DNA from: a virus
Taxonomy: Duplodnaviria; Caudoviricetes
Strand: one strand, 5' to 3'
IMG/VR virus record: IMGVR_UViG_3300024259_001623
Length of the DNA stretch: 64,000 nucleotides
Made by a program: the position numbers and the translations under genes. Shown here piece by piece: positions 49,175 through 57,839 of this stretch (the stretch's first letter is position 1; each line of letters opens with the position of its first letter). The notes beneath the pieces were generated by a model that saw only the letters and a program-made list of their open reading frames with translations, was not told the origin of the DNA and ran no database searches.

Positions 49175-50047
49175 ATGACAAAACATACTAAAAAAGAACA
49201 TACTTGGGATTATTGCGGCCATTGTAATTATCCTTTCGTTAGATGCGGGACATGCGGTATGAATTGCTGTAGCGGATCAACCGGCGAAATAAACGGTGAA
49301 CCCTGCCCAGATTGTAATGATGCTTACGAAAAACAACACGAAGAACCACCAAACTTCTCCAAAAAATATATTAAACAAAAAGAAAATGAAAATAAAGCTT
49401 TTTGGGATAACTGTACATCCGAACGTTCTCTTAAAATCAAAATCAAAAATCAAATTACATACATAATAAACTATTTTAAATATTATAAGTCCACATATAA
49501 ATGTATTAGAGATAGAGTTGTACTTCCTTTCCTAAGAGGATTAAAGGGAGAATTCTATTGTCGTTGGATACATCATAATAATCAATTCGCTCAATTGTAT
49601 AGTTGGGGAGGACACGATTGGCTACATAGAAAACTTAATAAACATCGTCCTCGCTATTGCCAGACTTGCGGTAATAAATGGAATACAACCAGAAAAACTG
49701 AAGATGATCCCACAGGACCAACTATAGAACAACAATATTGTATACAATGGAAAGCACAGAAAAGCACAGAAAAGCAAAGGAATAAAATGATTAATAAAAA
49801 TTGTAAACATTATCCTTGCCACGAAAAAAATGAATTGGAAAACTGCCTGCTCTGCTTTTGTCCTATCTATCCCTGCGAAAATAATAAACTAGGCCACTTT
49901 ATTAAAAATGAATCACAAACTAAAGTTTGGGACTGCTCTAATTGTACTTTATTTCATAAAGATCATGTAGCTAAGAAAATATTAGAAATAGCTAATATGT
50001 TTAATATGTCGGATGAGTCGGATGAGTCGGATGAGTCGGATAAATAA
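49175..50047 (+). CDS. Cys-rich protein ending in a cysteine-rich small (zf-like) domain
   Basis: N-terminal CxxC clusters; C-terminal CKHYPCH...CLLCFCPIYPC...WDCSNCTLFH; ends in (TCGGATGAG)x3. Confidence 0.6.
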   Translation: MTKHTKKEHTWDYCGHCNYPFVRCGTCGMNCCSGSTGEINGEPCPDCNDAYEKQHEEPPNFSKKYIKQKENENKAFWDNCTSERSLKIKIKNQITYIINYFKYYKSTYKCIRDRVVLPFLRGLKGEFYCRWIHHNNQFAQLYSWGGHDWLHRKLNKHRPRYCQTCGNKWNTTRKTEDDPTGPTIEQQYCIQWKAQKSTEKQRNKMINKNCKHYPCHEKNELENCLLCFCPIYPCENNKLGHFIKNESQTKVWDCSNCTLFHKDHVAKKILEIANMFNMSDESDESDESDK

Positions 50048-50314
50048 AATATTTAATATTTGAATTTGCTGGAAAAAAGTTTGTGTGGTGTGATGGAAAA
50101 TCAAGGTATCCATTAGTATATATGGATGTTACTATATATGAACAGGGTAGGGTAGGGGGGTGGCACACAGGAAAATTTCCCTGAACATATCCCAACTATT
50201 TACCGCTATAGGTATATGTGAAACGAGAAAGGCTATTAACCTTCCTCGCTCTTAGGGTTTTTATTAATTATAATTTTTAACAGTTCGTAAAGTTCTTCGG
50301 CCTACCGCATGGCT

Positions 50315-50533
50315 CTACCCTTTCATTAGGTTCGCTATCGTTCTGTTCTTTTCTTTTGTGACTGTCGTGTCAGGGAGATTCGGTTTGCTCAATTTCGTTC
50401 TGACAAGCCAGGCAATGGCCTTGCTTGTCGATACAGTCAACGCAAACTTCAGCGTGACAGCGTTGGCATTGATACAGCCAAGCTTGCTGTTCTTCTGTGC
50501 CGCATTGATGACAACGCGACTCGTAAGGTTCAT
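50315..50533 (-). CDS. Small basic hypothetical protein
   Basis: 72 aa; on the same strand as all genes in this region. Confidence 0.45.
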   Translation of the reverse strand: MNLTSRVVINAAQKNSKLGCINANAVTLKFALTVSTSKAIAWLVRTKLSKPNLPDTTVTKEKNRTIANLMKG

Positions 50534-50539
50534 TGTTCA

Positions 50540-50785
50540 TTAGGATTTCCCTTGTTCTGCTCTTTTCTTTTGTGCTGCTACCGTCAGGGGATGCTTGCGA
50601 ATGGGGAACCGAGCCTTTTGCCGCTCTGCATACTCTGCCAGATTCCTCTTCATTCTGGCGACGGCTTGTGTTGGCGTCAGTCCCATGATCGAGGCGGTGC
50701 GGACCATACCATTGATCAGTCCGTTATGCTCTATCTTGCTGCCCCAGAGCCGCTCTATTTCTTGTCGCCATTCGCCTTTTGTCAT
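50540..50785 (-). CDS. Small hypothetical protein
   Basis: ATG 50785 (MTKGEW) after AAAGGG, downstream of a TCCCTGA motif. Confidence 0.65.
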   Translation of the reverse strand: MTKGEWRQEIERLWGSKIEHNGLINGMVRTASIMGLTPTQAVARMKRNLAEYAERQKARFPIRKHPLTVAAQKKRAEQGKS

Positions 50786-50980
50786 TGTCTGATCCCTTTC
50801 TGCCCTTAACAATTGCGACTATTTGTTCAGGGATTGCTTGAGTTCATCCAAAAACCTTAACGCTTTGAGTTTCAGAATAAAAACATTTTCCTCAAAATTC
50901 CAATAGACGATAATGATAGCGATGGTTGCCAAGAAGTCCCACATGATTATATCCTTTCTGCCTTTAACAATTGCAGAGGT

Positions 50981-51196
50981 TTATTCAGGGAAAGGGTAAA
51001 CGTCCATTGCCCAAGGGAAGGCTTGGTGTAGGCCAGTCAGTGAGCTTTGGCAGAGCGTATGCCGTTCAGCTTGCCCATAGACCCTTATGGATTCTTTTAC
51101 CGTCCAGACCATCGTGGGCTTGTGCTTATTGCCCATCGTATCCAACAGAGTGAATTGCTGTCCGTTGTCTAGTGTGCAGAGTCCAACTTTAGCCAT
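50981..51196 (-). CDS. Small hypothetical protein
   Basis: 71 aa; AAAGGG RBS; ends across a TCCCTGA motif. Confidence 0.65.
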   Translation of the reverse strand: MAKVGLCTLDNGQQFTLLDTMGNKHKPTMVWTVKESIRVYGQAERHTLCQSSLTGLHQAFPWAMDVYPFPE

Positions 51197-51268
51197 TGTC
51201 TTACCCTTTCTGCCTTCTTTAATTATTGGCTTTATTTCAGGGGGCGAAAAATAAATGCAATAAAAAAA

Positions 51269-51308
51269 GATGTAGCCCCTAGCTTTTGCTAGTCGATTGG
51301 GCTACATC
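51269..51308 (-). terminator. Intrinsic terminator
   Basis: GATGTAGCCC/GGGCTACATC 10-bp stem followed by T7 on the minus strand. Confidence 0.75.
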
Positions 51309-51351
51309 TTCGGGAGGTCAGGGGCGACTTCTCGCCTCTGTGACTATGGTT

Positions 51352-51450
51352 CTAGTCGTCCAGTCCGTCCTCTTCGCTGTCCGTGCAGAGATGGAAGGGG
51401 CAAGTTTCGCAGTCGTCGTGGTCGCAGACAGTCTCGTGTGATTCGGGCAT
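51352..51450 (-). CDS. 32-aa Cys/acidic peptide
   Basis: MPESHETVCDHDDCETCPFHLCTDSEEDGLDD; below the ORF-track cutoff; similar to 62163..62315. Confidence 0.5.
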   Translation of the reverse strand: MPESHETVCDHDDCETCPFHLCTDSEEDGLDD

Positions 51451-51515
51451 TTTCGATTCCTTCTGTAAGAGGTTTGTTTCGCTACCCTTAACAATTGACC
51501 GTTACGCTTCAGGGA

Positions 51516-51854
51516 TCAGGACTTGATCGTCGTATGCCAGCGATTCCGGCAGGATGAGCATTTGCAACTGGCATCGCCAGTCCGGGTATTCAGGGTATAG
51601 AGTACCCGGGTGGACTTGCAAGCGGGGCAGGGGACTTCCGGAAGGGGGTCCGGGACGCTGTTGGTATCCTTCCAGGTCCCCCGGTCGCCGGTGTCGTGGG
51701 CGTTCAGGATTGCATCAGCTTCGGCAAGTTCTTCGCATTTTGTGCAAGTTTTTTCGTTGTGGTCGGCGGTAGAGGCCAGGACTTCGTTCCGGTGGGCTTC
51801 CAAGGCGTCGGCGGTCATGGTTTCAAGGGCGTTCATAATTCGGGAAGTGTTCAT
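51516..51854 (-). CDS. Small zinc-finger protein
   Basis: CTKC, CPAC, CKCSSC; AAAGGAG RBS. Confidence 0.75.
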   Translation of the reverse strand: MNTSRIMNALETMTADALEAHRNEVLASTADHNEKTCTKCEELAEADAILNAHDTGDRGTWKDTNSVPDPLPEVPCPACKSTRVLYTLNTRTGDASCKCSSCRNRWHTTIKS

Positions 51855-52049
51855 TTTGTAGCTCCTTTGTTGCCCTTAACAATTGACCGTTATTTATCAG
51901 GGAGATAGTAGGGAAAGAGAGAAAAGGCGATTCCATATCCTTTTTACAGGCCAATACGGGACAATCCAACTCTCTTTCGCCAGAGCCGATAGTTGACTCT
52001 CGGGAACATAAACCCTTCTCTACTGTCTCTTATGATTGATCGTTATTTA

Positions 52050-52160
52050 TCAGGGAATAAAGAATAGCAGGGCTACGACAACAGCAGCGCCAGCAACAGC
52101 AAAAGACGCAAAGCCTATAACCATGATAAGCTCGATCAACGTGAAAGCTGTTTTCTTCAT
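52050..52160 (-). CDS. 36-aa prepilin-type N-terminal methylation peptide
   Basis: MKKTAFTLIELIMVIGFASFAVAGAAVVVALLFFIP*; the stop codon is the TGA of a TCCCTGA motif. Confidence 0.7.
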   Translation of the reverse strand: MKKTAFTLIELIMVIGFASFAVAGAAVVVALLFFIP

Positions 52161-52205
52161 TGTTGTTCACTTCTCTTTTTGCGATTTTTTATTCTTGTTC
52201 AGGGA

Positions 52206-52367
52206 CTAAAGAAACCAGATAAAATTGCTGATGAAAAGGCAAAGAGCAGTAAGATAGAGAACTATTCCTATTTTTATTCTTGTACGGTTAGCTGTCCAGC
52301 CCATCTTACCGACGATGCAGGCGGTGAACAGTAGGGTAAAAGCTACAATCAGTATTATCAAAGCCAT
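52206..52367 (-). CDS. Small two-TM membrane protein
   Basis: MALIILIVAFTLLF...; AAGGAG RBS. Confidence 0.65.
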   Translation of the reverse strand: MALIILIVAFTLLFTACIVGKMGWTANRTRIKIGIVLYLTALCLFISNFIWFL

Positions 52368-52377
52368 TGTTTTCTCC

Positions 52378-52683
52378 TTATGCCTCATAAACGCATACTT
52401 GGCAGTTATTCAGGGGTTCGATCATGCCTCCAGCAGCGTTGACTTGTTCGATTGCTCTCATTAAGACTGGCTCTTGTGGCATACCGTATCGCCCGGTGTC
52501 GCCAGCCCAGATCGACGTTCCGCCGAAACAGGCGATCCACTCGAAAGGTCCATCCCAACAGAGCGTGGGACGTTCGAAACCCTTTTCTTGGCCGAGGATA
52601 GCGGGTTCGCCGTATTCCTTGGCGATGACGTTAAGGGCTTCAGCGAGAGTCTGTAGGAGTTCTTCTTGCTTCTTGTCGGTCAT
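52378..52683 (-). CDS. Hypothetical protein
   Basis: ATG 52683 (MTDKKQEE) after AAAGGGA. Confidence 0.7.
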   Translation of the reverse strand: MTDKKQEELLQTLAEALNVIAKEYGEPAILGQEKGFERPTLCWDGPFEWIACFGGTSIWAGDTGRYGMPQEPVLMRAIEQVNAAGGMIEPLNNCQVCVYEA

Positions 52684-53018
52684 TGTTATTCCCTTTCGGT
52701 AGTAAACAATAGATAGGGTTATAACAGGGAATTGGCTCGCCGACGATCCATCCATACAGAGAGAATGAGCAAGATCATGCCGCCGGGACCAGCGATGATT
52801 AACAGACTTGCAAGGACAACATCGAGGATTGTCATGAGTTCCATTGTTTGTTCCCTTTCAGTCTATTTCTTTTATGTTTGTTCTTCAGGGATTTAATCGG
52901 CACAAAACATCAAAACAAGCCCAATAACCCACATAACCATATTGCCAGTACATAGACCGACAATCAGAAGAATCAATCCTGCTAGTGCCATCTCTTTATC
53001 CTCTTATTTACAGGGATA

Positions 53019-53216
53019 TTATCCCACTCTGAATTTCTTATCTCTTTCCATAATTCGTTTGACAGTTGGCCAGGCCCACTCATAGCTGGCTCCGCTTTCA
53101 ATATCGACAACATGAGCGAAGTCGTGGAGTCTTCCAGCGATCATAGCTGGTTGATCGTTCAGTAAGCAGCTTTCGCCGGCGTACTGGTCTGCAATTTGTT
53201 GGATTGTTTCGTTCAT
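53019..53216 (-). CDS. Small hypothetical protein
   Basis: 65 aa; leader shared with 53470..53715. Confidence 0.7.
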   Translation of the reverse strand: MNETIQQIADQYAGESCLLNDQPAMIAGRLHDFAHVVDIESGASYEWAWPTVKRIMERDKKFRVG

Positions 53217-53414
53217 ACTCTTTCCCTTTTGTGTTTTTTATTCAGGGAGTCTTTGCTTCATAGCCCGTCGTACTTTTCTTCGGGCAAGGGTTTTCATTTT
53301 CCGGACAGAAGTTCTCCAAGGATTACAACAAGGGCAATGCCAACCACCAGGGCCAGAGTGAATATATCTATGATATATCTTTCCGAGTCCTTTTTTCCTT
53401 CCGGGCATCGTTGC

Positions 53415-53761
53415 CATTGTTTGTCCTTTCTACTCTTTCCCTTTTGAGTTTTTTATTCAGGGACGAAAATCAACCCAGCGGCCCTTGTTCCGGTGTATTG
53501 TAGCTGGGCCGGGGTTGTAAAGCCATGTGTTTATCGAACTTAGAAGTAAGCTGGATGCTGTCTATGGCATCTTTCGCATCTACCCCGGATACGTAACCTA
53601 CGCAGCGACCGGACGGGGTGTGAACAGTCCAGAGCGGGTAAGCGGGCTTGTCGCAATCGGGGCAGCGGAAGTTGTTTGTCAGTGTTCCGCAAGAGCATTC
53701 TCTGAGTTGATCCATTGTTTGTCCTTTCTACTCTTTCCCTTTTGCGTTTTTTATTCAGGGA
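53415..53761. repeat. 49-nt direct repeat (53415-53463 and 53713-53761) flanking one gene
   Basis: CATTGTTTGTCCTTTCTACTCTTTCCCTTTTG[A/C]GTTTTTTATTCAGGGA with one mismatch; partial third copy at 53216-53248. Confidence 0.95.
53470..53715 (-). CDS. Small protein with N-terminal zinc ribbon
   Basis: CSCG...CPDC. Confidence 0.7.
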   Translation of the reverse strand: MDQLRECSCGTLTNNFRCPDCDKPAYPLWTVHTPSGRCVGYVSGVDAKDAIDSIQLTSKFDKHMALQPRPSYNTPEQGPLG

Positions 53762-53896
53762 TTCTTTTTCAACCAGCAAATCAAGTCGATAATCCCTAAA
53801 AAGACAATCGTTAAGGAAATTGCCAGTCCTTTTTCTAGTGGAGTCATTCCCAGATCCTTTCGGCTTTTTTTATTTTGATTTATTTTTCAGGGAACG

Positions 53897-54256
53897 TTAC
53901 TGATTAGCCTTTTCATTGGCCTTTGTTTGTGCTCGGAGTAATTTTTGCATAAGATTCGCTGGCACCGGAGTCTTTCCGAGAGCATTGATAAAATCATCCA
54001 AAGCATCAGAAAGGTTACTAACCGATATCTGCAAGTCGTCGAGGTCTTGCAGTCGGTCGCCGATTCTTGTTTCTCGTTCGATAATATCGGCAAGTTGTGT
54101 TCTACGCCATTCTCTATCTGTTGGAACATCTGGCGAGCCATCAGGGAGCATTTGATCGAAAACAAATTTTTCGACCTTTATTCCTGCAACGTTGGCAAAA
54201 TGTGACTTAAGCATTTTTATCTCCGTTTGTTTTCTTCGCCGGGAATCTTTTGCCAT
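53897..54256 (-). CDS. Hypothetical coiled-coil protein
   Basis: 119 aa; the true start may be MLKSHF. Confidence 0.6.
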   Translation of the reverse strand: MAKDSRRRKQTEIKMLKSHFANVAGIKVEKFVFDQMLPDGSPDVPTDREWRRTQLADIIERETRIGDRLQDLDDLQISVSNLSDALDDFINALGKTPVPANLMQKLLRAQTKANEKANQ

Positions 54257-54389
54257 CTGGATAATACCATCTGGCTTCTTTCCCTACTGAGACAAGATAG
54301 ACAACAGACGGGCAGGGAGAACCGTATCTAGGTTCTGTCTTGACAATTGTTCCTCTCCCATCTTCTGTTCTAAAACGTACATGCTTCAT
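54207..54389 (-). CDS. Small hypothetical protein
   Basis: 60 aa; AAGGAG RBS. Confidence 0.6.
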   Translation of the reverse strand: MKHVRFRTEDGRGTIVKTEPRYGSPCPSVVYLVSVGKEARWYYPDGKRFPAKKTNGDKNA

Positions 54390-54424
54390 CCTGATATGAA
54401 AACTCCTTACTTATTCAGGGATAA

Positions 54425-54516
54425 CTGGGCCGGTAGGAGTCGAACCTACAAACGAAGGATGCGCAACCCTTCAACCGCCTCTCCGGCGGCGCGTCTGCCA
54501 ATTCCGCCACAACCCA
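54425..54516 (-). tRNA. Atypical class II tRNA (Leu/Ser-like) with a 5-nt anticodon loop
   Basis: TGGGTTG/CGGCCCA acceptor, Leu-type D arm GCGGAATTGGCAGACGC, CCGCC-GGAGA-GGCGG, 7-bp variable arm, GTAGG-TTCGACT-CCTAC. Confidence 0.75.
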
Positions 54517-54771
54517 ATAAAAAAGAGGAAAGGGTGAAAGGAACTACTCCGTCACTTTCTGCCCGCTTGCCTTCAGGCCCCTTTCCTTTTCGCAAAAACA
54601 TTTATCTCATGGCCGCAACCAAACGTTGTATGAGATAAAGAGGTCTTTGCTTGGATGCTCAATCCATTCTGTAGCAATTTTATCATTCTGGTCAGGGACT
54701 CTCGGCAACACCAATCCGGGCCGCAACAAGGCCGGGAATCCCTCTAAACCTTGCTGCGACCCTAGATATTG

Positions 54772-55101
54772 TTACGCCGGCGGTTCGACAATTTCGTTCG
54801 GCTGAAGGAAAAACATCTTATTTTCGACCGCGTTCTTTGCATCTCGCAAACTAAGGCCCGTCAAGTGACGGAGATACTTGATTGCCGGAATCTTGCGGCC
54901 GGAACTGACAAGATGCTGCATCTTGGCGTGATCGTCGCGTTCGATGGAAAAATCGGCGATGACGATAAGCGACTGATTGGCAAGATGACCCTCTTCCAAA
55001 ACTCGCAACGCCTGCTCCCGCATATCGCGGGTCATCGACGCCGAAGGGCAAACCAAAATGCTTCGGCTCAAGTCCATCGCTTGTATGGTAAAGCTGTTCA
55101 T
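54772..55101 (-). CDS. Protein with ribosomal protein L7/L12 C-terminal-like domain
   Basis: GRKIPAIKYLRHLTGLSLRDAKNAVE matches the bL12 CTD consensus KIxxIKxxRxxTGLGLKEAKxxVE. Confidence 0.7.
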   Translation of the reverse strand: MNSFTIQAMDLSRSILVCPSASMTRDMREQALRVLEEGHLANQSLIVIADFSIERDDHAKMQHLVSSGRKIPAIKYLRHLTGLSLRDAKNAVENKMFFLQPNEIVEPPA

Positions 55102-55161
55102 TGTTCATTTCCTCTTTGTAAGGGGTTTTCGTTCTTACCCTTTGTTATTGTTTGGGATTGT

Positions 55162-55422
55162 TCAGGGAAACTTTTTCAACAGCCGAAAATAGGCATAATC
55201 GGAAATCATATCGCTATTATGGACCTTACGCACAATTACGTTGTCCAGTTCTGCGTCTGGAAGGTTCGGGTCGTCGCACAAAAACATTTCGACGGCTCCA
55301 GCGGGCACATTCTCGCAATCGTAGGGAATCTGCTTCACGCCGCCGCGCCAAACTTGCTTGCCCCACAGCTTGCCGTCGCAGTTTTCTGGTCGAACGCCAG
55401 TATTGAAGTAAAAAGTTCTCAT
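55162..55422 (-). CDS. Small hypothetical protein
   Basis: 86 aa; AAAGGGA RBS. Confidence 0.7.
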   Translation of the reverse strand: MRTFYFNTGVRPENCDGKLWGKQVWRGGVKQIPYDCENVPAGAVEMFLCDDPNLPDAELDNVIVRKVHNSDMISDYAYFRLLKKFP

Positions 55423-55463
55423 TGTTTATTCCCTTTCTGCCTTTAACGATTGTTGTTATGGTT

Positions 55464-55754
55464 TCAGGGAGAAACTATAGCTTGATCTGAGTTAAACCGA
55501 CCGTCGAAAAGTTCGTCCACATGATGCAAAGAAACAAAATCGAGAGAGACACAACCCTCGAAAATATCGCCATTAGGAAAATGGACCTTAACCCTAAGAA
55601 GCCTGTCAGTCTTGGAATGATAGCCTAAAATATCTATAAAACGATGTTCATTTTTATGATGATTGACAGCAGGCAGTGGAGTATATCGCAGAGCCTCGCC
55701 ATGTTCCCCATTCCAGAGCTTACGAATTTCGTCATCAAGAGTATATCGAATCAT
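55464..55754 (-). CDS. Small hypothetical protein
   Basis: 96 aa; the stop is the TGA of the motif at 55464. Confidence 0.6.
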   Translation of the reverse strand: MIRYTLDDEIRKLWNGEHGEALRYTPLPAVNHHKNEHRFIDILGYHSKTDRLLRVKVHFPNGDIFEGCVSLDFVSLHHVDELFDGRFNSDQAIVSP

Positions 55755-55803
55755 TTTCTTATCCTTTCGATCTTTACAATTGAATATTATTCGTCAGGGA
55801 AAC

Positions 55804-55878
55804 TGGGCCCTGCTGGACTCGAACCAGCAACCGACGCTTTATGAGAACGCTGCTCTAAACCTGTTGAGCTAAGGGCCG
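55804..55878 (-). tRNA. tRNA-CAT, Ile2-like
   Basis: CGGCCCT-TA-GCTC...GAGC, GCGTT-CTCATAA-AGCGT, GCTGG-TTCGAGT-CCAGC, AGGGCCC-A. The body resembles bacterial tRNA-Ile2; C1:C72 mismatch; no CCA. Confidence 0.85.
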
Positions 55879-56109
55879 GTGCGGCTGGAGGGGGGTTAGC
55901 CCCTCCGAGCTTGTTCCTCCTGGATCAGGTCGATAACGTCGGCGAAGTGGTTGTAACCGAGCGACCCCTTGGTATAACGCTTAATCTCGCGTTCGGCATT
56001 CGTCAGATCGTAGCGAAGGGCGGCATCCGTCTTGCTGGTGAGAAGTCCCGATTCCTTGAGTTGCGTTGCGGTCATGGCTTTATCTCCTTTGTTAGCCTAC
56101 CGTTAATAA

Positions 56110-56298
56110 TTATATCGTCGGATTCAGGGAATTATAGACATTGTTCAAGACAGCAAAGGTAAAAAGTGCCGTTGCCATGTTGAAAATACATACTCCCCCA
56201 TTAAACCATGAAGCAGAATGAATAGCAAAAACAGCATTGGCAATGCCGCTGAAAAAATTGAACATACCGAGGAACCACAAAAATACCATACTTTTCAT
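56110..56298 (-). CDS. Small two-TM membrane protein
   Basis: Hydrophobic 62-aa ORF; AAAGGA RBS. Confidence 0.6.
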   Translation of the reverse strand: MKSMVFLWFLGMFNFFSGIANAVFAIHSASWFNGGVCIFNMATALFTFAVLNNVYNSLNPTI

Positions 56299-56516
56299 CG
56301 TTTATTCCTTTCGACCAGAAGAGATTTGTTGTTATTCTTCAGGGGAATTGTTCTCTTTAGCTTGCTTATCAAAAACTTTGTCTAAAGCCTGGAATAACAT
56401 TTTCTCTGAAACATCGCGGCCAAGACAGTAGCCGGCCCACGCTCCAACAGCGAATATGCCGATTAAAGCTCCGATTAGAATAGCAATCGTCATAGCATTA
56501 TTCCTTTGAGAGTATC

Positions 56517-56828
56517 TTAATACCTATCCCAACGCTTTAGTTCTTTTAGGATCAGGGATTCATCATCGGCGTGATTTTCTTTGTTGAGAGATACAGACTT
56601 TCCCCAACAAGAGACAACCAACTTGATTTGGGGGTCGATAATTCCTCTTTCTAATTCTTTTTCTGTTGGGTCTATCTCGCCGGCCATAATACGACAGAAG
56701 CCGGCCGATCTTACTAGGGATTGGTCCCAATTGCTAGGAACCATTGCGGCATGGTTTAAGTCAGCCGAGAAGACAACAACGGAGAATTGATCGGTAAACA
56801 ACTCAACAACAATGTATTTCATATCCAT
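56517..56828 (-). CDS. Hypothetical protein
   Basis: 103 aa; VVFS...H..M...VRSAGFC...CWGKSVSL. Confidence 0.75.
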   Translation of the reverse strand: MDMKYIVVELFTDQFSVVVFSADLNHAAMVPSNWDQSLVRSAGFCRIMAGEIDPTEKELERGIIDPQIKLVVSCWGKSVSLNKENHADDESLILKELKRWDRY

Positions 56829-56863
56829 ACAGATTATCCTTTTTCCGCGTCTTTTCAGGGAAG

Positions 56864-57067
56864 TTACCTATTGCCTAGCTTATAGAGAATAATCATAAAC
56901 AATAGGATTACGACAGCCATAAAAAGGCCACCAAAGCCCCACAGAGGCGACAAAACGACAAACCATGTGAAAGCATGGACACCTGCCAACTTGGTCACCA
57001 GAAGGTAAGCAAACGACAGAATCCAAGCGATAAACATCCAGGCCGGGGCCGTCAAGTCGAATTTCAT
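56864..57067 (-). CDS. Small two-TM membrane protein (WFVVLSPLW motif)
   Basis: ATG 57067 after AAAGGA. Confidence 0.7.
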   Translation of the reverse strand: MKFDLTAPAWMFIAWILSFAYLLVTKLAGVHAFTWFVVLSPLWGFGGLFMAVVILLFMIILYKLGNR

Positions 57068-57069
57068 TT

Positions 57070-57291
57070 TTATTTCCTTTTTCTGAGAACCCAACAGCTT
57101 TTCGCCTTGGGATCTTCATGCACGAACATTTCAACAGCATCGCCGACAGACGGAGCGAACCCCCAGCAACAACTGGTGTGGAATTCTCCCAAGTCATCGA
57201 CTTCCAACAACTTAGCCCCATCACGGTTAATGAAACCAGTGATAGTCCCACAATTGTTCGACGGTCGTTTGTAGAAACTTGTCATTTTCAT
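57070..57291 (-). CDS. Small hypothetical protein
   Basis: ATG 57291 (MKMTSF). Confidence 0.6.
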   Translation of the reverse strand: MKMTSFYKRPSNNCGTITGFINRDGAKLLEVDDLGEFHTSCCWGFAPSVGDAVEMFVHEDPKAKSCWVLRKRK

Positions 57292-57332
57292 ATTACTTCT
57301 CTTTTTTCTTTCTTTGTGCAGGGGAAAAATAC

Positions 57333-57381
57333 GAAGGGAAGCCGGCCGCAATTGCTACCCCGAGGGAGCCGACTTCCCTTC
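57333..57381 (-). terminator. Long hairpin, probable terminator or processing site
   Basis: GAAGGGAAG/CTTCCCTTC stem followed by GTATTTTT on the minus strand. Confidence 0.6.
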
Positions 57382-57590
57382 TCAAAACCATAATTAATCG
57401 CAATCTCTTATTATTTATTTTTTAGAGTTGTCAGAGCATGACTTTTCTCCTCGTGGGTTAGCAAATTATACTTGACATTCTTCTCTATAGTATACTTAGT
57501 AATTTTATGTTAATTGTCAGGGAGGCATAGTTTCCTTTCTACTATCTCTCTTAACCATACTTTACTATACTTGTCACATTTTCAGGGATG

Positions 57591-57818
57591 CTAATTGTTG
57601 TCGATATTGATAGTTACGAGCGTATGCCCGCCATCATGATCGACAGAACTAACAATGTCTGTGACCTTACCAAAAGCCAGCGTGTCACCAGGGAACTGTA
57701 CGATATACGTTTCTCCGATAGCTGGTATCCGAGCAGGGGCAACATCGAACAGATGGAATTGGTCGTTGTCTACTTCTTTGGCAAACTTAACTTGAATATT
57801 GATCGTAGCTTTAGACAT
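57591..57818 (-). CDS. Small hypothetical protein
   Basis: 75 aa between two motif copies. Confidence 0.65.
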   Translation of the reverse strand: MSKATINIQVKFAKEVDNDQFHLFDVAPARIPAIGETYIVQFPGDTLAFGKVTDIVSSVDHDGGHTLVTINIDNN

Positions 57819-57839
57819 TTTGATATCCTCTTCAGGGGT

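Noticed and set aside
50009-50041. TCGGATGAG tandem repeat as a regulatory element
   Set aside because: It is three and a half in-frame copies encoding an SDE tail, an ordinary low-complexity C-terminus.
57472-57496. Plus-strand sigma70 promoter TTGACA...TATACT
   Set aside because: The spacer is only 13 nt and it points antisense to all local genes.
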